This document shows, in pieces, positions 38,017 to 51,629 of a stretch of DNA of 64,000 nt. Every line of letters begins with the position of its first letter. Positions within the stretch are counted from its first letter, which is position 1. The translations under genes and the position numbers were made by a program. Below the pieces are notes generated by a model, which was given only the letters and a program-made list of their open reading frames with translations, searched no databases and was not told where the DNA came from. The DNA comes from Callorhinchus milii (taxonomy: Eukaryota): the NCBI RefSeq assembly GCF_018977255.1, contig NW_024704743.1, forward strand, positions 101,682,001 to 101,746,000, written 5' to 3'.

Positions 38017-41000
38017 TTTGGTGAGATTATAGCAGACTGATACACATATATTATACACATTACTGATCTAAGGTCATTCAGAAGCTCATAACTTGCAAAT
38101 TATCAGGACTGCTCGCACTGGTAATAGCAATTATCAGCCATGATATTCCTCCAGAATTAAAGGTTTTACCTGATGCACGTAGTAAGGCTAAACAAGTACT
38201 TTGTAGCACTACAACTCAGACAGGTGTTAGTGTGGCTCAGTTAATAGCATGCTTTGCCACTGAGTTACAGGTTGTGAGTTGTGTCTTGACTCTAGGTTGA
38301 AACTCCATGCAGTGCTAGGTAAACATTACATTGTCAAAGATGCTGGTGCTTTGGCCAATTTTCCTCCAAACAAAATTGATTCTTTATTTCATGGCTGTTT
38401 GTAGGTGTATCAATTGGCTGGTTTGCCAACAAATACAATCGTACAAATACAACATACAGTTAATCCTGCAAAGTGTTTTGATGACATGATAAGGCGCTAT
38501 TTCAAAGCAACGATTATTATTGTTGAAATCCACCTATTATTATTAAAATTATTATACAGTCAAGACATCTCAAGGTTCTTCTTAGGTAATTGCTGTAAAG
38601 GTTATGACTGTATTCATAGGCAAAAACAGCAGCCAATTTGCACAAAGCAATGACACACAAACAGCTCTGAAGTGAAAGATCTATTTTATCCGGGGGATAA
38701 TTAACCAGGACACTGGGGGGAACTCCCTTCCATTTTTGTCTATTGCAATGAACCCTCGATGTCCACCTGAACAGGCAGATGGGGTGTTGGTTCAATATCT
38801 TACCTCTGATGGCAGTGGTTCCCAGGCACTCTACTGAAATCTAAACTAAGTGCAAATTTACAAAATGACTCAAAGCATTTGAAAAGAATTATTGCAAAGA
38901 GTAGTGACTGTGTATTTGTACCAGCAATGTTCTACTTATAGCCACCTTCATCTTCAAAATACAGTTTTTGCAGCAAAATTCTGTGAAGTGTTTTGCGATG
39001 TGTTCCCCATGTGAAAGGCACTATATGCAAAGCATTGATTATTATATGTTATTATTATTTCTGGTGTGTTATCAATAAATCAGTCATTAAGAATGCCACA
39101 GGGAGAATTTTTCAATATTTGGTTCTAAGAGTGCTGATAATCTAGTCTAGAGCCCTTCAAAGGAGTCAAAACAACCTCCTTTTTTTGATCTTGATTCAAA
39201 CGTGAAGAAATGAAGAGCAGTAATCAAGGCTTGTGTCAGAAGTAGCTGTGCTGTTTATGCCAACACTTAACAACAACAACAACAACAACAAGATTCCATT
39301 TATAAAGCGCCTTTCACGTCAGGAGGACGTCCCAAGGCGCTTAACCATAATAATAAGCATAATCTAGTTTGTACAGCACAGCATGCATTGGAAGAACATG
39401 GAATTACATTAGGTTGTCACCCCATCACTGCTTTAATACAAATGGTCAGAAATCTTGGTGAAAATTTGTTGCTGTTGTATATTTTAACACCAGGTATTAT
39501 TATTACGAAAATGGTATTGAAAATCAACTGTATAATCATCTCCAATCGCGTAAAGTGCTTTGCTTGCTACTAGTGTCAATATTTCAACAGCTGTCATGCC
39601 AGTCTGTGGATACATCGGCCACAAATCATAAAATATAAGATTGAACTGTTTGATCATGACAGAAAGCCATTCAATCAGAGTAATGCAAATGGGTGTGTAT
39701 AGACTGATGCCCTCAGAACTCTTTGCCTTTAATTCACATCTTTATTTAACAGAGCACATGCTTGCCATACATGGCATCGACACTGAATGGTTGCATTGCT
39801 CTTGTTCCTGGGCATGTATCTCACCTATTAAAGGACATTTTACTACACTAAAAAAAAGCCACAATTATATAATCCCATCATGTTAACCGTGATCAAACAC
39901 AAACCTTGGACTCCATTGCTGCTAACCTCCTGACGTGAAAGATAATATAAATGTAAATGTGTTGTTGTTGTTGAAATGAAACAAAAAATACAAATATACT
40001 GGAGGTTTAAAATAAACTGTTAAAAACTGAGGCCCCCCCTTTGGCTGTCCAGTCAGAGGTTAAAGATGCCATAACACCACTTGAAGGGTGTTCCTCCTAG
40101 TGTCCTGATGAACATTCCTCCAGATAAATTTAATCATTTACCTCATGGATGTTCGTGGGATATTGCTGTGCATACATTGATAGCTTCATTCATCTTCAAA
40201 ATACACGGTCACTACATTTTACAGTAAATCCTGTGAAGTTTTTTGAGATGTCCTCCCTGTGTGATAAGCGCTATAATTTAAAATTTAATGCTAAAATTTA
40301 ATTTTTTATTATATCATGAGAGAAACAAAGGCAAATGAATATATTCCTTGAGTGAACACAAGGCCGTCGTCTAGTGGAGAGATTCAGATGTTGAGAGAAA
40401 CAACAAAGTGAACAATTGTACAATTTATTACCATTGTTTGAACTCATATTAGATTTCAGTCTTGTAAGCAGTCCTGGAACCTGTTATTGAACATATTGTA
40501 ATGTTCTATGTGGCTTCAGCTACATGTGTAATTATTCTACTTTTGGTCTATTTGTATGTCAGCAGCAATCTCCAACATAGACAGTAATTGTTAGTCTGTT
40601 CCATGCCTTAGTTGGATGATGGTCACACAAGAGAACAACTCAATGCAGCATAATTACTGTTGGCTTATCAAGAAATAAACTGCAATTACACACAACCCAG
40701 AAAACAGATGCAGGATTGATTGGCATGAAATAAATAGGTTTGTATAAATAGATTAGACAGACAGGCAGGCTAGCAGGCATGCATGTAGGTAGCAAAGATA
40801 AAAAGAGATGTGGAGAAAATATAGGGAAGTGGGATTAAAATATTGGCCATGATCAAATTAAATGTCGGAACAAGTTCAACATGCTCAAATCAGTCTTCCT
40901 ATGTTCATACAAGGAAATTTGTATGTACCTCATGTAGGATTCTATACAGTCTCACTGACCATTTTAGGTTAATTTCTTGAAAGGGTTTTTTTATTCCAAA

Positions 41001-41436
41001 AGAGCACCCATCAGGGTAGAAATCCCATTGCAGTGTCATTTTGTCACTATCACAGTGTTTCGTTTACAGGGTCACTAACAATGCCACTATCACAGTGTCA
41101 CCATCAGCGTCACAATCACAGTGTCACATGAGGCATCACCTGTCAGTGTTGCGATACATCCTTCAAGCTTTAGCTTTCAAGCATCTGTATTGCATGTTGA
41201 TCAATCGTATGGAGAAGAGAGAGAGGGGAGATAAGAACATCTAAATTCCCTATCTAGTTGTGTATTCTGTATTCTGTAATGCCTTTCTCTGATATCATTT
41301 TTCTCACATTGCTTCCACCTTTTCCCTTCCCAGTTCCAATCCCTTTTGCTCTAGACTGTTGATGTTAATGCTATTCGATAGTCAAGGAACAGGAAATGTG
41401 TTTTTTTTCCATAGAAAATACATGGAGAAAATACTT

Positions 41437-41740
41437 GGAGTCCTGTAGCTCGGTGGTTAGAGCATTCGCCTCGCAAGCGAGAGATCTTGGTTTGATTCCT
41501 GGCTCGGTGAAATGGTAAAGTTTCCATACTCCACACGCCTCTGTTTATCTAGCGGTAAGTAAGAACCCTGTTGTTAGTCGATTGGCAGATCACTTTTCCA
41601 GGATAATAATCCTTCAAAAATCCGGCCGCCTTTCGCCCACAAGTATACTGTCAATTCACTTTACAGTATATTCTGTGAAACGCTTTGAGAAGTCTAGAAA
41701 TGTGAAAAGCGCTATGTCAAATACAAGGACAGTATATTAC
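41437..41740 (+). mobile_element. tRNA-derived SINE, long form
   Basis: ggagtcctgtagctcggtggttagagcattcgcctcgcaagcgag...cctctgtttatctagcggtaag. Confidence 0.85.
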
Positions 41741-44700
41741 TGTACTGTCAAGTGAAGGGATTCTTTTGTAGGAGTCATTTTACGCAAAGCCACTTCCTAC
41801 ATTCAGCCATGAAATAACTGATTAATTTGCCTAGAGGATTGTTGGCCAAGACACCACCTTCTCTTTTCAAATCCGGACCTTTAGTGTCCACCTGAATAGA
41901 CTGACGGATCCTCGTTTTAACCACTTGTAGAATGGCTATTTTTAGTGTCCGATTTCCTTCGTACAGCTGGGCTTTAAATCTAATTTTGCGTCCCTTTATT
42001 TCCATGCAACCTGGGTGACCGTGCCTGTTTCATTCGCTCTGTTTAATATAAGTTGAAATTAAAACATTTTTCGTGGCCCTCCGTAATTTTGCACAGAAAT
42101 AGCGGAACAAACCAAAGTAGCAAAATGAAAACAAAGAAAAGTAAATGGTTTTACAATACATAATAACTTTTCTTTCCAGTTATGATGAGTTACATTTTAT
42201 AAAGCTATTTAGTGTTTTTAAAGAAAGGTTCAGTATAAATGCTTATATAAATAATTGTTATTATTAACAGATATTCAGACGATGGCATCTCCAATCATGA
42301 TGTGTTTCTCCGGTAATGCACTGGATTGCCACCTTAGGTTCACATTGTAACAAACATCTTGTGTTTCTGATCTTCATGGTTGGAAAAAAGCCAGGACAGT
42401 CCACCTGGCTGTTGCTTGACTCGGAATCAGAACATTGTTTCACATGCCTGGTTAGCTTTTTCCATGCCTGAATAATAGTGGTTAGTCATCATTCTTTATT
42501 TTTAGTTTTCCCCAATGAATTGAACCCTACGCTTCAACCACTGTTTGCAAGTACAGCACCATCTGTGGCTACAGTATATGTACCCCTGGAGGAAACATTT
42601 TAATCCAGACATTTTATATGGAAAAGTCCCACCTCAAATCCTACCTTTTCGAACACACCCTTGCTCAGAGTCCGTGTAAAGTGATCTGAGACATTATGCT
42701 ATGTAAAGGGAGCTATATAAATGCAAGTTGTTGTCGTAATGTGGGAGTTAATAAGAAATCTGAGTTCCAGATTCTGGTACTCCTTCTGGTAACTAGAATC
42801 ACAATATTCCAGGACTTGAACCCAAGGATACAATAGCTTGTTAAATGATATTTCACCAGCTTGAAATATCTAGCAGGTAATCATATGAAATAATTCTTTT
42901 TCTGAATTGACAGATAAAACTACCTAACCTTTAAAGAAACCAATGTAATTAATGATACCTCCAGTAAATCTTTGTGGATTATTCTTAAATCAGATGGTTG
43001 GGGAGGAATCCAACAAGATGTGTAGTTCTTTTTCCATGTGCATATTTTATTTCTGCTTTATTAAAAAAAAGAAACTTCATATTTACTGTGTGGCAAAATT
43101 CGGCCTCATCCCAGTAGTGTATGCTATGATATTTTATATTACACCAGTGCCAGCAAACAGTATTGTCACAAAGATGTTCTTTAGCTATGCATTAAGATTC
43201 CTTGCTCCATATGCCTCTGTTTACCTAGAAGTAAGTGGGAACCCACATGTTAGTCAATTGGTGAATTGCTTTTCCAGGGGTAATAATCCCTAATAATAAT
43301 AATTTGGTCACTAAATCCACAACTGTTAGTGGGACACTGCTATGTGCAATTGGTTGCCGAATTTCGCCCACAAAATACACAGTCACTTTACAGTATACTC
43401 TGTGAAGCGTTTTGAGACATCTTGAGGACATCATAATGCCCTATATCAAATACAAGGATTTGTATTATTATTAATATTAAACAAATATCAATAACAATAT
43501 TCTTTGTACTTGATACTGCGCTTTTTTCGTCTCAAACCATTTCACACGATAAACTATAAAGCGTAGTAATGATTGTATTTTAATGGTGAATAGGGCAGCT
43601 CATTTGTGCACAGCTATGTCCCACAAACAGCCTTGAAATGAATGACCAATTTTATCTGTTGGAGGGCACTGGGAAAATTTTCCTTTGCTTGAACAAATTG
43701 TATGGGTTATTATATGCTATGGAATCTTTAATATCCCCCTAAATAGGTAGACAGGACCTCGATTCAATGTTTTGTCCAAAGGATGGCATTTCTGTGGGAT
43801 TTGAACCCATGACCCTCTGATCGAGAGGCCAGAGTAGTTGACAGTTGGAAGAGGGAGGAATATTGGCCAGGACACAGGTAGAACTTCCTTTGGTTCTTCT
43901 GCATAGTGCTATTGCACCTTTAACATCCTCTGCTCTACAAACAGCACAATTAGGATCACAATTTAAGGACTCATCCAAAGCAATGCACTTCTAACAATGC
44001 AATTTTTCTCTCAGCACTGCATTGAAGTGTCAACCCAGATTATGAGCTCAGGTTCCTGGTATAGCGCCAAACCCACAACCTTCTGGGCTACCAACTGAGC
44101 CAACCTGATAATAAAACATGGGGACAAATATGAGAAACGGAAACTAATCTGGGAATCATTGCAAGACGGCACTCTTACCGGTAATTCCATTTGAACCTTC
44201 AAATAAGATTTTATTGAAACTCCTCTAGAGTAACTATTATTTTCTATAATATTTAGTGTGAACATCATGGAGGTTCTATTATGCTTGCTTTTCTGATGGC
44301 AGCAATTCAGGGCAAGCATTTGCAAGTAAATCACAGCTGCAGGATGGACATTAATGGAGGATGAAGTACTGTACAGTCGATTGAAGTCGATTGAGAATTT
44401 GTTAGAATATATTTAACATGGTTAGCATATATTTAAATAGTGTTTAGCATATATTTAAATAGTCTTTTAAATATTTTTAGCTAGGTTACCTGAGTTGCTA
44501 TTGATAGCTACTAGATAATTATTTTTATTTCTAATAAATATATTTTTAATTTTCAAGAAATATATATCGCTATAAATTTCCAGATATTCTATTTACAATC
44601 TGGAAACTCAGGGGTGAAAGTTGCGATATTCACAAAATATTTATTCTTCCTCTAAGTTGTCACAGACACTGAACCATTAAACAACTCCATGATAAATTAT

Positions 44701-46905
44701 TAAAATACTGTAGAATATCTTAACTAAAATATTTTTACCTCAGATGGCACAATAGGTAAAAAACAGATGCACTTTCAAATATTTGAGGGGTTGCACTGCA
44801 TTGACAAAGGTGCCATCCTTCAGTTGAGACGTTAATAAAGCAAGGTCCAGTAGATGCTAAAGATCCTATGGCATTATTTGAAAAGAAATGGGAGTTTCTC
44901 CCAATGTCCAGGCCAACAATCTCCCAAATAAAATTGGTCATTCACTTCATGACTATTTGTGGGACATTGCTGTGCTCAAATTGCCTGCCACATTTGTCTA
45001 TAAATACAGTCACTGGATACTGCAAAAGAAGAAGTTCTCTGAAGCACTTTGAGATGTCTCAACAATGTGATAAGGTGCTATGTCAAATGCAAGAATAATA
45101 ATAATTTAGAATCTAGCAAGAAAGAACTTCTTTTAAAGTACTTATCAAATGTCTCAAACTGTCAGAGGTGGCTGGCTACCCTCAAGTGAGGTGACTGTAT
45201 TTTGTATGGAAACTTGGTCGTCATTTGAACATGGGCTACAGATTTTTGGATTATCTGCAGTTTATGTAGGAAGGAGCTGGGAGTTCAACGAGCAGGGTAT
45301 TGGGATAATGAAGCCTGGACATGACGAAGGCATGGATAAGAGTCTCAAGCATCCCAGGGGGAGAGGTAGTGGTGAAGGTACATAATGTTGTGGTGAGGGC
45401 AAACTGAGTGAGTGAGAGCCTAGGTGTAGGATTCGAATGTCAGTTACAGGGAGGGAGTGAAACAAGACACCAAGGTTCCACACCAGCTGTGTGAGGTGAA
45501 ATGAAACCGTCTGACAATTTCTTTGCCCCAGATCACAGAGACCTTAACTCAATGGATATCCAGTAACACAGCACTCAGATGCTGCCTCCAGGGTCGATTG
45601 AAATATATTACTCTCTCACGCTATTGCAGAGTGGTATGTCAAGTGGGTGGCCCAACAATATTGAAAGGAAGGTCTGGACAAAATCAATTTGCTAACATTA
45701 GGAGTTATTCACACCCCAAACCAATCAATAATTATTGATTGAAAATCTGCTGTTTCTTACCAGGTTTGATGAGTGTCACATCAAACCTATTATTATTTTT
45801 CAACCCCAGCATTTTTTTTGTCACATTTTTCACTCTCAGTATGTTATTTTGGATCAAATACAACCAGTGATTTCTGGGGTTTATGTGGCCCTGACAAACA
45901 GCTACGGACATCTGCCTCCTACAATCAGGTCACCTGATTTCACAACACAACTAGGATTTAAGGAACAGATCACAAAGGAAAACTGTGAATACCGGAAATC
46001 TAAAATTCTAATTCAAAACTGCCAGAGCAGCAGAATCTAAATCAGGTCAGTATCTAAAATGTAGATTAGTGTTTTGGGTAAAATATCTTGTCAGAGCTGG
46101 ATTAGGACGGAGGAGGGTAAGTGTGGGCAGATCAGGAAAATAAAGGTATCAGGAAGAAAGAAAGAACAAAATAACATGCACAGAGAGCCAGGTTATGATC
46201 AGCCTTGCATTTGATATAGAATGTCAAAACATCTAAAGGACTTCAAAGGGAATTGCATTTGACTGTGTGTTTTGTAGACGACTGTGGCAGCCAATTTGGA
46301 GAAAGCCATATCCCACAAGCAGTTGCGAAGTAATGACTAATCAAGGATTACTGCCCAGGATTGTGAAGTGCTGGTGTTAAAGGGTTGTGGAAGTAAGATA
46401 ATCCTTTCCAGCATTTCACAATCTATTAATGAACCAATAGCTGTCTGTATGTATAGGTAGTTAGTGAGTTTCTATTTAATTTATATTCCTCATACCCTTG
46501 TTTTCTTAGTCTGGCCTCTCTAGTTCAAATGCTCAGGTTCTGACAATGAGAATAGTAACTCATCCTTAAACTGAGGTCCTGTCCTCCTGTTTTTCAGGTG
46601 GATATTAAAGATGTCAGCCTGATTCAGTTGGTAGCTCTCTTGCCTCTCAGTCAGAAGGTTATGGGTTCAAGCTCCACATCGAGACTTGCAGTTCATAGTC
46701 TAGGTGACGGTGAAATACAATGTTGGGGAAACAATGCCGAGTTCACTGACAAAATACACTATACAGTGATTTCTGTGATGGACTTTGAAATGTCTTGATG
46801 ACATGCTAAGGCTTTAAATCAAATACAAGGATTATTATTATTATAAGATCCCTTGAAACTGTTCAAAAAGCGAGTGTCTCCTGAGGTACGGCCAATAATC
46901 CCCCA

Positions 46906-46908
<3 letters not shown>

Positions 46909-46944
<36 letters not shown>

Positions 46945-47237
46945 CCTTGCATTTGATATAGCACTTTTCACGTCTTCTAGACGCCTCAAAGCACTTCACC
47001 AAATATACTGTAAAGTGAATTGTCTGTACATTTGTGGGCGAAATACGTCAGCCAATTGCGCACAGCAGTGTTCCACAAACAGTTGTGGATTGAAGTGACC
47101 AATTTATTATTGTTTTTTTTCTTGAGGGATTATTATTAGGCATAAGGAAACTTGTCCATTGTTTCGCCCTGCCTCGAATCGAACCCAGGTCTCTCGCTTG
47201 AGAGGCGAGTGCTCTAACCACTGAGCTTCAGGACTCC
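46909..47237 (-). mobile_element. tRNA-derived SINE, short form, TSD aggtaa
   Basis: Full head with GGTTCGATTC B-box and long (TTA)n tail; aggtaa on both flanks. Confidence 0.9.
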
Positions 47238-47636
47238 AGGTAACTGGTCATTCTCTGCATGGCTATTTGTGGCGCCTTGCGGGACAAATAATTAGTGGCT
47301 GTGCTATCCTACAAAAACAATCACTACACTTGACAGTGATTTCTTTTGAATTCCTTTAAAAAATTTTTGGCTTGACAAGGCACTAGAAAAATGTGCATTC
47401 CTTCTTAAAATCCTTCTTCAGGAGCTGAATGACGTGCAGTCCATCTCTGTATCCATGATTTACTATTAGGATATGACTTTATTGACTGCTGCATGCATAA
47501 TGATAAACGCCTTCCACAAATTAACAACAAACTCTCACAGAGACTCGCCTCTCCAACTTTTAGCAAACATTCCATCATTTACCTCTTCTGAAATGCTACA
47601 GAGACATTCCTTTCCCTGGATACCTTTACTCTGACT

Positions 47637-47963
47637 TATATAATAATATAATAATAATAATCTTTGCATTTGATATAGCGCCTTATCACATCTTCTAGAC
47701 GTCTCAAAGCGCTTCAAAGAATATACTGTAAAGTGAATTGACCGTATATTTGTGGGCGAAACGCGGCAGCCAATTGTGTACAGCAGTGTCCCACAAACAG
47801 TCGGGGATTGAAGTGGCCAATTTATTATTGTTTTCTTTTCTTGAGGAATTATTATTAGGCGTGTGGAGTAAGGAAACTTGCCCAAGGTTTCGCCCTGCTG
47901 GGAATAGAACCCAAGTCTCTCGCTTGCGAGGCAAGTGTTCTAACCACTGAGCTACAGGACTCC
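47637..47963 (-). mobile_element. tRNA-derived SINE, short form
   Basis: Same family and full length. Confidence 0.9.
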
Positions 47964-49844
47964 ATAAAAAATAACCTGATACAATAGAGCATTTGCTTCA
48001 TGGCTGTTTCTGAGATATTACTGTACACAAATTAGCTGCCGCCTTTGTCTTCAAAACAACCAACTGTAGAACAACTTGCATTTATATAGTGCCCTTTACG
48101 CCGGACAGCGTCACTACACTACGAAACACACAGTCACTACACTCTACAGTAAAATCCTATGAAGCGCATTGTAATTTTGCAACATGATAAGGCGCCAGAT
48201 CAAATGCAAAGATTATTATGTGTATGGATATATATATTCGAAATAATTTCTGGATTCATACTGTAAGCTGTTCTACAAGACACAGTTATTTAGGATGGTA
48301 TAAAATACAAAATACTTGCCTTTTATAAATTTAAGCCTGGAGTCAAAGAAAAAAATTTCGGCCTCCTTGAATGACACTGAAACCCTGGAGGATGTTGCTG
48401 TCAGCAAAACACACAGAAGATGATCTGTTACAGGTGGGAATGGCAACGCTGTGCTTTTGTAGCAGGAAAGAGAGGGAGAGGAGCCGTGTGTCAAGCTGCA
48501 GACTGACACTGAGCCCTGGCTGTTTGTGGAGGAGAGCAAGAGGCGCAGACTCACAGTCAGCAATGCCAGTGACTGCAGCTCACACACTGTGTCCAACGCT
48601 ACTCACAGGGGCAGAGGCAGATAGGCTCTGACACCACACACCTCCTCGGGCAATACATCTGAATAAAGGGGAAAACAGTAACTTGCTTACTCTCGGGGCA
48701 TCCAAACCCACGTTTCCTTTGCACAAATCAACCCTTGCGCTAATGCGATCGCTTTAAACACAACAAATAAATAACCTCGAGTGAAGATCAGGAGCTGGAG
48801 ATCTATCTGTGTGTGTGTGTGTGTGTGTGCTCTCTGCTCACCTCAAGTCGCATCATATAACATGTCTCTTCCTTCCCTCTCCACATCCTTTAACCAAATG
48901 CTCACAGCTTGAACAAGAACCACAGATTTGCCACTGGTATTTGTTCATTTACCTTGAAGAAGGAATGTTTTTTTTAAAATGTTGTTTTATTACCTGGTGA
49001 GAATAAACTTAACAAGAGACGTTCTAGCACAGGATCAAGCCTCAGGTACCTGAACCTGGAATCGAGCAACATGTTCAATATTCAACCAAACCCCACCCAG
49101 GGCTCAAATAAAAATAAAATCCACCCAACAACGCTGTGGAATCAGGCAATATTCCGAGTTCGCAACGTTTATTTTCTTCAATAAAACAGAAACATCGATC
49201 AGGCTTTAATTGAAGGTTTCTGCTGAAGAATGCATTGGGTTGTATTTTCCTTTGGGAAGATCGTCTCGATTTGGCTCAGNAAAAAAACACAGCAGGAGCA
49301 GAGATAGAAGAACATATCAACAGAAGGGTCAGGAGGATTAGATAAACCGGGAAAGAGCTGTGGAAAACAAAACCAAAGGAGAGAAGAGATGGGGTTTATA
49401 TTAATGCTATTTTTAGATTCCGCTTAAGAAGCTACAGCAGTTTGCCTCTGGTTGACTAATAGGGAGGGGAAGGTATGGTAGGTCTCCTTGGATTGAGCTG
49501 GGTCCAAGATGACATGCTTGGCAATGGAATGGCAAGCTTCCCTTAAGCGATCCAACATGTTATCCTCCTTGAAGGGTAATAAATAACAATTCCAGTAGTT
49601 AGTCATCCTCTGGATAAAATTTGTGGTTTAATTGGTGATATTTTTCAACAAGGAATCTGAAGTGTTTAAATGGGAACTCTTCCATCAACCAGAGATATGT
49701 GATGGCCACACCCCAACATCTACTTTACTCCTCTTCAACTTATTCCCACAGTGGGGTGACAGGATCTCTTAACAGGTTTCTTATTGAGGACCTTCTCATT
49801 ATATGGAACTCTGTTAAGACATACAGCAAACAGGAAGAATGTTG

Positions 49845-50360
49845 CATTGGAAAGAGTGGAGCAGAAATTTACTAGGGTGCTACAATGTTGAGCGGATACT
49901 GACAATGTTGAGTGGATACAGCTAATAAGAAAGTTTGGATAGGCTTTCTCTGTGGAGATGAGATGACTGAGAGGGCACCTGATAGAAGTGTTTGAGAAGA
50001 TAGATGTTTAATATGATGCTTCTACTTATTGGTGAGTCCAAAACAAAGGGGCATAAATACAAACTAGCCAGCAGCAGATCTAAAAGGAATTTAGGAGAAA
50101 TTTCTTCAGGTGATGAGAATGTGGAACTCATTGCTGGGAGCGTCTAGTGTGAAGGGCGCTATATAAATGCAAGTTGTTGATGTTGTGGCTATGGTTAAAG
50201 CAGAAAGCATCAACATATTTAAAAGGAAATTTGTATACATGAGTGACAAAGCAATAGAAGGGTATAGGAGAGGGGAATAGGAAGGGTGGAGGCTCATGTG
50301 GAGGACAAACACCAGCATGGACTAGTTGGACCAAATAACCTGTTTCACTCCTATAACCTT
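49845..50360 (+). mobile_element. CR1 3' fragment interrupted by a ~55-bp L2 tail (50133-50185)
   Basis: ttggaaagagtggagcagaaatttactag; ctgagagggcacctgatagaagtg; gagaatgtggaactcattgc. Confidence 0.8.
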
Positions 50361-51629
50361 TTCTGTAAATCCTGATAATGGTAATAATAATTCTTCCATT
50401 TGATTTAGCACCTTAACATCATGGAAACATCTCAAAGCAAGTCGCAAGAATTGCTGTAAATTGCAGCAATATGTAGGTGATAATTGAAGAAACACAGTGA
50501 CTTGGAGTCATCAAATTGCAGATAACGCACATTAAAGGACATTCACTGCGGCTTACGGTTGGATACAGCTTGCTGAGTTTAACTAAAGATAGTTTCTGTT
50601 TCATTATTGTAAAGCCTGGCGTTTTATTCAAGATTTGAGTGCACGAGCAAAGGGTGTGCAGAAGCTGCTGACTCTATGGGATGAATTTCTGCAAACATAC
50701 TGGCATTGTAAGGGTTAAAGGCATTTTTGCAGTAATAGAGATGAAGTATTTCTGTGTAAGTTAAACATTACACTTATCAAAAAAAAAATCTCCTAGGAGA
50801 TTCAAATTCAAGAGGAGGGCCTGACGTTCTATTTATCATAGTATTTTTTTAGTTTTACTAACATTGATGAATCGATTGGTGGTGTCTTAAGATTTCCGTC
50901 AGTCACTTATCATTACGCTACATTTCGAACATCCAGTTAAATAACTTATTGATTTGTGGGGGTGTGGTATTGCTATTCTCTCTTGTTTCATAACGATGAC
51001 AATTTCTGTGTCCAGCCCTCCTCCCTCCCCCACCCCACCCAATTTCCAGGCAATTTGCTGTCAGCTTGCAGTGTGAAAGCAATAATGTGTTTTGCTGCCA
51101 CATGTTATGGTGGAATTCTCGGTGAATTCATCACCATTGCTTTAGGAATCACAGATGTGCTGTTTAAGTTGGAGGGGAATCCAAGATGGGTTCAGTGGGC
51201 TCTCTTGTATGTTAGTCAGGCGGAAGGTAACTGCTGACTGCCCACTGTCTTTGCTGCAGCATTGAACATACTAACATGACACATGCAGCAGCTAGCTGCT
51301 TGCTGGAAAATCTCCTACAGATCAGCAAGGTTTATATCAAGTTATAATTCCAGGCAAGACATGGAGGTGGTGGGAAAATTTGCAGTGTTTCTTAGTGTTT
51401 TTGATTCACATTGAATACATTATGAAATGCCTCCAATTTTGCCCCGAGAGGTTTATAATTTAGCGTGCGTACTTGGTAGTGGCTTCCGGGGTGGGGAGGC
51501 ATTGACTGAGCCACTGAAAGCTGTGATGGAATGAATGCTATGAAAATAATAGTAAAATAATAATAACCCTTTCATTCAAGTAGTGACTCTCATGGGAGGA
51601 TGTCTCAAAGCACTTCACAGGATACACTT

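Noticed and set aside
44421..44466. Short tandem duplications (also 36561-36600, 49882-49920, 41030-41150)
   Set aside because: Ordinary slippage duplications of ~14-22 bp.
45970..46100. Hammerhead ribozyme in a possible Penelope-like terminal repeat
   Set aside because: The minus strand reads ctgacaagatattttacccaaaac, so both core motifs (CUGANGA, GAAA) are broken. At most a dead relic, and the family assignment is uncertain.
49280..49280. Single N bases (also 63986)
   Set aside because: Assembly ambiguity or small gaps, not biology; adjacency across them is uncertain.
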